Shown: piece after piece, positions 9,439-20,526 of the stretch | Layout: every line of letters starts with the position of its first letter | Numbering within the stretch: the stretch's first letter is position 1 | From: Craspedostauros australis | Taxonomy: Eukaryota | Assembly: GCA_030167865.1 (NCBI GenBank) | Contig: JALAGF010001133.1 | Location: 62,001 to 102,177, forward strand | Direction: 5' to 3' | DNA: 40,177 nucleotides | Translations under genes and position numbers: made by a program | Notes under the pieces: model-generated | The model's database searches: none | Seen by the model: the letters and a program-made list of their open reading frames with translations, nothing else | What the model was told of the DNA's origin: nothing

Positions 9439-11730
9439 CTTTGTCAGTGATGTGCACACGAATAGAAGTATAGCAGTGAGGATACCTGTGCATGGAATAT
9501 GCTTTGGATGTATGGGCGTCTGTGTCTCTGAGGATATTGGTATTGTTTGGAAGAGTACTCTAGTACGAGAGCGGGATCTTGGTTCGTTGTGGTGGCGGTA
9601 GCGGGTGATGCTTGCGTGTCGATAACGGTGATGATGGCGATGGTGATGACGAGTCTGGTATGTAGGTGGGCGGGTGGGTGGAGAAAGATGGAGTATTCAG
9701 AAGGTTGCATTTGCGGATGTGGGGTGCGGCCACTTTGTGGGAACAGGACGACCGCTTCTGCGGGCCGTATCCGAGTTTCATTTTGAGAAAATGGGGGAGG
9801 AGTTGCCGTCAGCCTCCTCCCCTCAAGGAAAGCAATCGTTCGCTTTCGATCTTTGCAGTGATGGATGGGTCGCTTGTGGCAGGTAGGTCAGATGCATCTC
9901 CGCGAACCCGTGCCATTGTGGGCCACCGGTTCTTAATGAACGGCCCTGAGGTGATAATTGTTCACTGTCTCAAGCACGTGCTCAGAAGAAGAAATGCGGC
10001 TTCGGCGTTCACATTGGGGGGACTTGCCGACACAGTGGTAGAGGCAGGCGCTGGTACGAAGCTCGCGTGCTTGCCCACCAGCGCTTTGCTGTGGCTTCGT
10101 TGGAAGCATGGGTACCCTTGGTGTGAAGTGAACCCACCTGTGCGCGTGTACAATTCCCATGTTCGCCAGGCAGCACGTGTTTGAGGTTGCGGTTTGGTAC
10201 GCCGCACCATACTCCTGACATCTGCTCGTGATCAACGCGCTTGCCGCAACGAAGAGGAGCACTGGATTCGGTGAGGTCTGGGCACAGATAGAAGATTCGT
10301 TTCTTGCAATCCCTTCGCTGGCAGCTCCGCTCATCCCGAAGGATGCCTCTCTCGTGACGAACATGCCTTTGGTTTGAGAATGCTTCTTGTCAGCATTCAA
10401 CACAAAAAGCGTTCGGATACATCAGGATGGCTGTCACGCTCATGCTTCGAGATGATGTGTACGAGTGCGAGGCAGCGGAAGAGAGAGAGAGAAACGCTCC
10501 AAATCCGTTTCGTCAACAGAGCCCAACAGCCCCAAAGATGCGTGCGCAGAGAAGCGGGAAGAGTATCACTGTCTGGTGATCATGTACTCTTACACGTGTC
10601 AACGACACTCTCATTCTCCAGCACACACCTGAATTTATGGCACGAGCATTGATGAAGGGAAAGGCGGGTGAATGCGAAGATACTCTGAGCGTCACGTCTT
10701 GAAGTAGCCAAGGGAGAAAGGCAAGCAGAAGGTGTTCCGCGAGACATTCTTGGAAATGGTGGGTCTCAGGAGGAGGTTGCTGCGTTGTTGTCCGCCAAAG
10801 CGAAACGGCGGACGAGGAAGGGTCGGAACTTGGCGGCCGAAGAAGCTACCGATGATGCCGATGGCGTTGGCGGTGTGACAAACACCAATCTGCACCGAAC
10901 AAGGACAAAGTCAACAACGATTCGATGCGATGCGATCCGCTCCGCGCCCACTGCCCTCCTCGCTGTCAACCTTCTGGAATTTATCGGAGGGTCCCATCTG
11001 CTGGCCTTTCGGTTCATCACGCACGATGTCCAGAAATCGCAAACAAACGTCCCATCCAATCATCTCGCCTTCTTGACGGAGAAGAACAATCGCAACCGTG
11101 AGTCTGTGTGCATACTGTAGGTCGTGCTTGTACTCTGGCTGCGAACACTTGTCTACTTCCCTCATCCTGAGACATCTTGGTTGAATCTGGATCCACGTGT
11201 CATCGTGATGGCTTGTTCTGCCAAGTTCTGTGGTTGACCACCCAAACAATTCGTTTCTCTCGAGAAGGAGAACCCGACACATGTCTGACAAAGAAGACGC
11301 AAGGAAGAGGAAGAAGGTATCTTGGCGAAACGCTCCGAAATCAATCACAGCTTTAGTCATGTGAGTCCATTCGACTACTTTGATCAATTAGTGTTCGCAA
11401 ACAATGGAATCGTGTTGGATTCCATTCGAAACAACGAGAACCGCATCAACACAACGCGACAAAACGACACACGAAGAAACAACCAGTCGCGACAACATCC
11501 GAAACAGCCATGATGGACGACGATGACGACAGAACACATCTGGTGGGAAGACAGTCTCACAACCCACGACACCAACGCAAACCCGCACAGCAATCCCAAC
11601 CTTCGCGCAGCAGTCATCACAACCAACAATAGGACACTCGCAGTGGCAGCCGCGACCGATACCAACCTTTCATCAGCTCTCTGAATCAGCAGAATCAACA
11701 GAACGTCCTCTCTCCTCTTCACACCCCACC

Positions 11731-13173
11731 ATGCCGTATCCAGCAGAAGTAGCCAAGGCATTGGATATGCTAACGGACTCTGAGCGCAGTAAGTCTCGGC
11801 CTGTCTCTTGTCTCTGTCGATCTACCGATCGTGTCGCTCTGTTCACACTGTGAGCTGGCAGCGATCGAAGTTGATGTTGCTCTTCGTACCATACGAGTAT
11901 GTGTGGCTATGAAGTGTTTTTGGATAGCGCAAAGGGAGCCGCTTGCTGGCGTGCTCATGAAGATCCCCCATTCGTATGCACATACAGTGGAATGTAAAAT
12001 ATAATAGGAGAGTGCCATACTCCACTGCTCCATGGCACGGTCGCACTCATACACTCACCACGACTGCATCTTCGTTACTCATCGACTCGAACTGGCTCGA
12101 CTCAACCCGGCTCAACCCAAATACCAGATGCCGTCAATGAGTACATTGATGGACTGAAGTCCAAGATCAAGGATCTGGGAGGCTCCCTGGATGAGGATAA
12201 GCCGGCAGACATGGACGCTGATGGTGGAGAAAAAGCCGACGTAGAGGAGGCAGCAACATCGAACGCAGACTTCCCCCCGCTCTACGAGTCCGGGGATGAC
12301 ATGGAGAAGGCCGGCGAGTTCAAGCAGTCGGCTGCAGATTTCAAATCGCAGGGCAAGTGGGAAGAGGCTCTTGACATGTACACGAAGGCAGTGCTATGCG
12401 CACCACCTTCCGCCATGCTCTATGGCAACCGCGCCCTGGCATTGATCAAGCTGGAGAGATACGAAGCTGCGGAAAGAGATTGCGATGAGGCATTGAAGAT
12501 CAACCCCGACTCCGCCAAGGCGCTCAAGGCGCGTGGAAAGGCTAGGAAGGCTCTTGAGAACTGGGAGGGCGCCTTGTCGGACTTGGGTCAGGCCCAGACC
12601 ATCGACTTTGACCCGGACGTCGTCGAAGATTTGAAGTTCTTGACGGAAAAGCACGTCGAGCAGGAAAAGAAGGAGGCGAAGGAGCGGATCGAAGAGGAGG
12701 AGAAGCTGCGAAAGCGTGCCGAAGAGATCAAGAAGGCAAACGAAGAGGTGGCGGAAGAGGAAGAGAAGCAGAAAACGGATCGATCTCCCGCCGGTGCTGG
12801 CATGCCAGACATGAGCGGCATGCCCGGAATGGGTGGAATGGGTGGCATGATGGAGATGATGATGAACGACCCGGAGATGAAAGAAGCGATGAAAAACCCG
12901 AAGGTCATCGCGGCTTTCCAGGAGATCATGCAGGCACCGGGAGGCCCAATGGGTCTGATGTCCAACCCAGCAAAGCTGCAAGAGATGATGGCCGATCCCG
13001 AGGTGGGACCAGTGATGCAGAAGCTCATGGCGAAGCTTGGCCCTTCGATGATGGGCGGAATGGGAGGAGGCATGCCAGGCTCCGGAGGCGCTGCGGGAGG
13101 ATCCGGCGGAGGCGCACCATCTGGTGATGCGGACGACATCCCGGATCTTGACGACCTGCCAGACCTGGATTAG
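11731..13173 (+). CDS. HIP: Hsp70-interacting protein Hip/ST13 homolog (TPR, charged region, GGM repeats, STI1/DP domain); exons 11731-11788 and 12128-13173
   Basis: Exon 1 MPYPAEVAKALDMLTDSER ends at gtaagt and joins in phase at cag/AT GCC GTC AAT. TPR motifs AMLYGNRALALIKL, RDCDEALKINPDSAKALKARG and AQTIDFD; GMPGMGGMGG repeats; NDPEMKEAMKNPKV STI1 motif; C-terminal DLD. Confidence 0.9.
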
Positions 13174-13555
13174 TGGCGTCCGCAGTGATCGGACGCGTAC
13201 ATATGTAGAACGCATTGCCCACTCTGCGAAGGCACAAGATGGTGGACACCAGTAGTAGACCAACTAGGAGTTTCAGACACGGAATGCATACCTACTATTG
13301 CCGAGTAGAATAATTGGACACTGTTGCTCCCGAGATAATCTGACTGAGCAATTCCTCTCAGCAGGACACTGCATCGTGTCATGAAACGATGTTCGCAGAT
13401 GGGCCTTCGCGCCAAAAATTGGGAAAGTGTTTTCTTACTCGTGTGACTGGTGGTACGGGTATGCTATCCTCTGTGTTCGTCGTTACAATCCTGCTGTGTC
13501 TGTGCAGTCGCACTTCGGCGGCACTTGCATAAAACTGCATCCAATTCATTTGCGG

Positions 13556-13999
13556 CTACCTGTTGGTATCGTCGAGATCTCCCGTCGGCGTTGCTGTGGA
13601 TGACGAGGTTGATGACGATGCTGGCAGTATCATTGCCATCATGTCATCCGGGATGGCTTCATTATCGTAAATCAACTGGCACCAAGTCCCATCATTGTCC
13701 TCCAACAAATCGAGAGCATGATCGACATCCACCGCCGCCGGCAGCTTCACGCTCTTGACGTAGTCAGGCTGCAGATGCTTCGCGGCGAAGATGGAATGCC
13801 CCGTCCAAAAGTCGCCGCTGGGACCCACATGCAGATACACGGCGTCGTCTTTGCTGCTGGCGCCTGCCGCGGCGAACATTCTGGATATTGAACACGACGG
13901 TGCTGCGCTGGTGCGAGATATCCACAGTGGTGACAGCTTGCTGCGGAACGGATGTGCTGATTTGTGCATGCCGGTCATGAATGATCGAATGGTTGCCAT
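13556..13999 (-). CDS. Hypothetical 147-aa protein, possibly mitochondrion-targeted
   Basis: R/S-rich, acid-free N-terminal ~45 aa followed by a globular-looking core YLHVGPSGDFWTGHSIFAAKHLQPDYVKSVKLP. CA-rich sequence upstream of the ATG resembles other 5' regions here. Confidence 0.65.
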   Translation of the reverse strand: MATIRSFMTGMHKSAHPFRSKLSPLWISRTSAAPSCSISRMFAAAGASSKDDAVYLHVGPSGDFWTGHSIFAAKHLQPDYVKSVKLPAAVDVDHALDLLEDNDGTWCQLIYDNEAIPDDMMAMILPASSSTSSSTATPTGDLDDTNR

Positions 14000-14437
14000 C
14001 GTGTCTATGTGTGTGAGTGTGTTTGATGGGTGTTGCGTGCTGCGTGGGGGTAGTTGAAAGTCTGCCAGTATGATCCGTGTACTCCAATGATTCTGAGTAG
14101 TGATTTCGTAGCCTTGCGATCCACAGATGTTTGGTTGCTTGGGAGTCCCTGTCGTTTGTTTGTGGATGGATGGATGGATTGGTTGGTGTTGGTATCTTTG
14201 CGTTGTTCTGGAAATGGTGGCAGAGGGGATGGTGTGTTCGCATCACCTCCCTTGAACTGGCATCGATCCGCTGGTGGAGCTGACGAGCAAATGGGTGCCT
14301 GGACGGACGTGAACTCTCGCCTCGCGGAGATCCCTCTGCACCGAGGCAACACCAAACGATCAATCAGCATTTGGCCACTTCACCTTCGCCCCTCGAGGCG
14401 CTCCACCGCTGCCACACCAACAAGAGTGTATTCGTCG

Positions 14438-14460
14438 CTCTCTCTCTCTCTCTCTCGCTC
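14438..14460 (+). repeat. (CT)n microsatellite
   Basis: ctctctctctctctctctcgctc. Confidence 0.8.
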
Positions 14461-14628
14461 TTTAGAAAGAGAAATAGAGAGAGTATTGCCAATTCACCGA
14501 CCATGTATAATACGAGCTATGGGGCAATCTTTGCTCTAGAGAGTACTGTCTACGGCTTTATGAGGAGTGCAGGCAGAGTGGCGCAATTGTACTAATACTA
14601 ATACGCCAAGCCATCCGACAACTTGGCG

Positions 14629-16058
14629 TTACAGAATCCATGACACAAGCATGGAGAATAGCTTCAAAGTGAGTGCGAGGAACGAATACACGAACAGCGC
14701 AGTCGCGACTCCATACGGCTTGGGCACAAAGTCTTCAGCGTCCTGCTTCTGTTCCAGCACCAGAGCAGACGACGCTGCATTCTGAATGCACTCGCGCGCG
14801 GTCGGGAATCCATCCTCTTTGACACCCTGCGGTTTCGGTTTGATTTCTCCCACAGCCCGAACGCCCAGCGTCATGCTTCGCTCCTTTGGAATGGCACCAT
14901 CCACGCATGCTTCGATCGCGAGCGCGGCGACATCGGAGCGCGGAACCCTGCCTGGCGATGGGCAGGAACCGACAGGGTCGGCTTGCAACCACGTTGTCTC
15001 GACGCTCTGCAGAGTGCGCGGAAGGAGCGTGCAAATACGAGCGTGGTGGCAACACCAGCGATTCAAAAGGTCGGAAGCAAAAGAAGTGGCAACAAAATCA
15101 GTACGAGTGTAGGAGAACATAGCAGGAGCATGGTGCTATTATATCATTTGCACACGAGCAAACACCATGGTTTTCTGCTTCAAGGTCTGATCAATTTCCA
15201 ACAAAATCGTCTACTCGTGCATACTGCGAGAAGGCAGTCCCAAACAGCACAAGGCTCTGCAATAAAAGCGTCGCAACTTACCCGATCGTGGTCCGCGAGT
15301 CCTCCCGGACGAAGGATGACGTAGGGCACGTCGCTATTGATCAGGTACTGCTCGCAGCTCTCATGGTACCGCGAAGTCATGCTGAGCAACGTGGAGAAGA
15401 TGACGGGGACGAACGAGAATGCGGAAAAGCTCGTGGATAGCCCGGTCAAACGAACGAACCGCTTTGCACCGTGCTCCTTCGCAAGATCGATCATGAACGC
15501 CTGCGCTTTGAAGTTGGCGAAATACGGGTGGCTCCGGTCCGCCCACGAACTGACGTCGGGGTTGAACAGCCGCCATGGCAGGAAGTCGGTGAGCTTTGAC
15601 AATCGGAACGACCCGGACACGCTGATGATGCTGTCGCATCGACTGATGGCGTCCTCGATGGCCTCGCTGTGGTTTTCGTAGTTGCCCAGATCGACCACCA
15701 CCAATTCCAAGATCGGTGATTGGTTGGCGCTGTCGCCAAAGAGCTCGATCGCCTTGGTCTCATTGCGGACCATCGCAAGAACGGGTTGGTCCTTTGCGAT
15801 CAGCTGCTTCACGACACGCTGCCCCACCTTGCCGGTTGCACCAACAACCAGAACCGGCTTAGATGTTTGATTGTCTGCATCGTTCTGCACATCACCCTCA
15901 CCCACAAACAGTTGCGTAGATGATGGCTGCGGCATTCCACCATGCTGCCGGTGGAACGACAGCGGCGGCTTGTCGATGAAAGCCCGTGATGGACATACGC
16001 CCTGGATGATGGCGGTTGCAATCACGAAGAGAGCGCCGATGGTTGATCTTCTGGTCAT
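14629..16058 (-). CDS. Atypical SDR / NAD(P)-binding Rossmann protein (Tic62/NDUFA9-like superfamily), probably plastid-targeted, with a C-terminal hydrophobic helix; exons 16058-15282 and 15006-14629
   Basis: VLVVGATGKVGQRVV, YVILRPGGL and GRVPRSDVAAL motifs; signal peptide ending SRA-F; phase-0 intron gtaagt...ctgcag at 15281-15007. Confidence 0.85.
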
Positions 16059-17394
16059 CTTTTGGTGCAATCTACGAGCAGTATCGGCCAGTAGTATCTG
16101 CGAGTGGTGGAGTAGCTTCCATCAATCTTGGAGCTATGGAAGCAAGCGCATGGTTGTCATCGTCATCGTCGGAGACTTCTGCGTCAGGACTCTTCCGCAG
16201 CTGCCGTTCTCACTGCCCACTGCCATTCCCATCGCCATTGTTACCACTGCCCTCGCGTGGTCACTGATGGCACCAACACGGATTGAATATCGTTCCCATC
16301 CGTATCTTCGATTCCATCGATTGATGACCTTGTCACGATTGCGCTCAGAATGAGAACACCCACCGATGTCGGATGACGAACGAGAATACCAATCGCAAGA
16401 ACAACAACAGGAGGAAGCAGCCAATGATGACAACAACGACCGCCGCGTCAGCCTCTCCAGTCAACCATGACCATCAACACGGGGTCATCCGTCCTCTTTC
16501 TCACATGGACCAACGTCCAATTTGAATTCCAGTCATCTCGGCAAAGAACGGAGATCTCACATCCTGGGATGGTTCTGTTTCTGTTTGTTGTGTCGGTTTT
16601 CCAAAATCAAACCTAAACGGTGTTCGACAAGAGTCGTCGTTGTGGCCGATTTTCTTGTTTTGAAGCACATGCCAGCTCGTGAACGTTGTTCGGACGGGCG
16701 CACTCTGACGAAATGTATGTGGAATGGTGTCACATTGATGTCTCGGACTGCGACAACTGCCGCGTGCCTGCCCAATTTCCCTCCAAGAAAGGTGAGCGTG
16801 AAACCAATGCTCTACGCAATCACACGTAGGATTCTACCGTGAGAAACCATGATGACACCCTCTTCCTTCCAATCCTCCACACTTCGTGATTGAGTATTGA
16901 CAACCTCTGCGCTGCGCAATGCTGAAACATGCACAAACAACGCGAGCGGACACGACGCAGAGGGCCAGGAGTTGTCGTGACATGACTGCAAAAGGAGAAA
17001 ACCACAGAAAACAAAAGAGAAAGGATCAGCGCCAGCACAAGTCACAGTGCCCGCACAAGCCAGGCAAGCCAGAGCAAGACCACACAACGCACACGTAAAT
17101 GCGCACAGACACAAATACTCCAGTCAACAAAGAATGAATTCTCACTAATGAGAAACGGAAGCCACCACCCACAATCATCAATCATCACCTGCATCCTCAT
17201 AAAACCAAACAAGAGGCGATCAATCAACTCATCCATCAATCAATCGTTCAATCATTCAATCAACCGCCCAACCCTTCACCGATCAAAGCAACCGACATCA
17301 TCACAACAACAAACGCAGCACCACCACATAGAACAACCAACAGCGCCAACTACAGCTATACCATCAGCAGCCTCACGTCACAAAAAGAGAACAA

Positions 17395-19287
17395 ATGAAG
17401 ACCGGCGCCATGAACAACTCACAAGGACGCAGCGACAGCCCGTCCCAGCGAAAGTTCGGGAGCGGGAGCATGTTCGACTTTTCGAGTGCTCGGGAGGAGG
17501 AAAAGACGATCCCATTTCTTCGGTGAGTTCCATTTGTTGCCATGTCAATCAATGTGAAGTCTTGCGCTCGACCAAAGCGGCGCAAAACAGCGCAGCGTTT
17601 CCACTTCACGAGATGGCGATTGTCGTCTCAACGCGCACATCGGTATGGAAAAAGTTTGGTAGAAATGAAACTCGAAATGTGCGCGCACAAGGCCTCGGCG
17701 CCAGTCGCAAACAACCACATCATGGTGCACGGGCATACGGCACATCGGCACCAAAGATCAGCATCGCCCAAGGCTGTGTTCAGGCGCAACCTTGTGCGTC
17801 AGCAACTCGGCTAACGGCGCTGACTGGAACAAAGCATCGTCCTAGACGGTATGGTCTTTGTTCCTGGAGGTCTTGCATGACGATCTGCTCCGCCGCGTCT
17901 CGCTGTTCATCGAGTTTCCTCTTTCTCGCTATCGTTCGCCCTTGTCTCTCCTTGTGTTGCCCATCGCCACTGCTGGTGATGATTACGACAAGAGAGGCGG
18001 AGGCACACGCGGAACAGGAAACCGTTCACTCCTTGTCGATGTCGCACCACGCCGGTCGGCTCCGATTTCAAAAAAAAAAGTGCGCGCGGCAATTCATTCT
18101 TGTTTCCGTTCACGATTCCCATTTTGGCGCTCGCGATTCGTGACTGGATGGCTCCCACGAATCACGTGTACTTCACAAATCGAAGAGATGCACGTTGTGC
18201 ACAACACAGACTCTTCCACCACAACGATCTGCTCTCTCCGTACCATACCATACCATACAACAACTCACAATAACCTCCTTCCCTTCTTCCATCCAATGCA
18301 CACACGCATCCACGCGCTGACACACATACACACAACAATGGATTCGGAACTGAACGATCGCACCAACTAATCAACGAATCAACCAACCGACTAACCAACC
18401 GGTCAACGAATGGCATTAACAGACGATTGGTGGACATGCTCCAAGAAAATAGCGACGTGATCTCTTTTGCTCGTGGGTGCGAGCGCGAAGGTCAGCTCCG
18501 ACATGGCCAAATCATCGTTCACGACAGAACCAAGATGGAGTCAAGTGTCCTCCCACGATACTTCAACCACTCCTCCTTCGCATCGCTGCGACGACAGCTC
18601 AACTACTTCAGCTTCACCCGTGTCGGCAAGGGCAGACAACGCGGTGCAACCTACAGCAACGCTTCGGTCGTCGAACTTGACGACATCCTGCGCCTCAAGC
18701 GCCGAACTTCTGTCGGAGGCGGGTCAGGCAGCAGTTCAAGCAACAGCGCCACCAACGCTTCGGCTTCAACCAAGAGCGCAAGCAAACGCAACTCCATCAG
18801 CACCGCAAGCACCACAACGAGCATCAGCACAGCCACGGCCACTGCCAACCCTGTCACAACACAGGAAAGAACCCCGAACATGTTTTCTTCGCCAGCCCCA
18901 ACTTCTTTTGGCGCGAACCTGGTCGGCACAAGCAGCACTGTCAAGCATGTCGGTGACCGGGCCACACCAAAGAACGTTGCACGAGGACCAAGTTCGGTAT
19001 CGCGCAAGATATCGTACGCCGAAGCGAACGAGGGTGCACGCTCACACCTGCCACCAAAGAAGAGGGCTAGACACACCGGAACCACAGGCAGCCACCCTGT
19101 CCTCGTGTCTCCGCAGTTCTCACCAACCAAAAACCGGAACAAGACCGCTGGCTTGGATCTCACTGTCGCATCGCCACAGAGATGCTCGTCGCACTTCGGC
19201 TCACGATTCGCGTACCGTGGCGACGATGACATCTTGGCTGGCTGCAATGCCCTCCTCAGCTTCTCCCGCAGCCTGTCGGCGATGTGA
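17395..19287 (+). CDS. Heat-shock-factor (HSF)-type DNA-binding transcription factor; exons 17395-17522 and 18423-19287
   Basis: Exon 1 ends TIPFL-CG/gtgagt and joins aacag/A CGA TTG, restoring the HSF helix-1 motif PFLRRLVDML. VLPRYFNHSSFASLRRQLNYFSFTR is the HSF signature. Confidence 0.9.
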
Positions 19288-20526
19288 TCATCGTGGCTTC
19301 AAGCGCCTGTTCTAACAGGCATTGACCATCGGGTGACTGAATGATCCAGATCATCGCAACCACCAATGACCAACGACGATGTACCACAGTGCGACACCAC
19401 GCGTAAAGTCTCGCCTTTCATCGACCGCTCTTCGTCACCCACGAATCTCATCAAACGCCGCCACCATCGCGCACAAAAGGCAGAGAGAAGACCTCCATTA
19501 CAGCCGATGACGCAAAGGGCATCTACGGTTCCGCCTGGCCACAGCATCATCCGCCGTCTCTCTCGCTCGCTCGCCTCCTCCCTGCCTCCCCCTCTCTGTG
19601 CCATCTCCCTATCACATGGCAAGAGACTGTCCATCACTTTAGCCACGTCCAAGAATCTCTGTTCACGACGGCGAAACGCAACAGGGTGAACCAGAAGGTC
19701 CGAAGCGCCGTACAAACTGCGAACTTCCACCTCCTTTGATTCTTGGACGGAGGTACCAACCATAGTATATGTCATTTTATGTCTCCGCGACCCGTACCAA
19801 AGCCAAAGCCAGAGCCACGACGGCAATACACTCATGCATTCCAACAATGAGATCGTATCCGGCCGCTCCATGGCCCCATCATCTGATGTCAGCTTCATTT
19901 CCATAAGCACGCAACCTACACATTCTGCATTTCTTCACTTCCGCACTACATATCACACATCTTTCATGCCCTGAACATCATCACTTTCGGCCCACTGCGA
20001 GTACGACGCACAAGTACGGAATTCTGTCTTCTGACTGACTCCAACATGCTCTCACCACTGCCTTCCATCAACGCCATGGCAACAAGATAAATCCAATAGC
20101 AATACTCTTTCAGCAACCTGGATCGTGCACTTACCCTGGGACTCCTACTCGTAGTACACAAGACCAACGTGGGCAAGCACTCTCACGAAGAAAGGATGGC
20201 ATGTACTCCGCGACTGCTCCGCTCCGTCCTACTCTACCACTCCTCGAATACAAAAGAGGATGAAATACAGACTTACAAAGTTGAAAGAATGATTGCACTT
20301 GTCAATACGATTTTGGTCTGTGGGACATGTATGGGTTCATATCTGTCAAAATTATGGTACTTGTATGTAGACCTGATTGAGTAGTAAAATCCAAAATACT
20401 AGAGGGGAGTGGGCATCGCGACTAGAGAGAGTAGCATGCGCGACGCAGCCGAGGAACGAAGTCCGCAGTCTTTGAACGAGTCTGACGATACTACTCTGGT
20501 ACCGACACCCCCGTCATACATTCATT

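Noticed and set aside
9440..11500. Several 70-170-aa ORFs between the MFS and Hip genes, considered as a gene or transposon relic
   Set aside because: No domain motifs, terminal repeats or consistent splice chain found. A degenerate element cannot be excluded without a repeat-library search.
17148..18370. 331-aa and 170-aa plus-strand ORFs upstream of HSF exon 2
   Set aside because: They span the CA-rich 5' region, exon 1 in the wrong frame and the intron; the composition is not protein-like.
11731..19287. Hip and HSF proximity as a heat-shock gene cluster
   Set aside because: They are separated by unrelated genes, and I found no three-unit nGAAn heat-shock element upstream of either. HSF genes are numerous in diatoms, so proximity is expected by chance.
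19299..20400. ORFs between the HSF and channel 3' ends
   Set aside because: No motifs; consistent with convergent 3' UTR and intergenic DNA.
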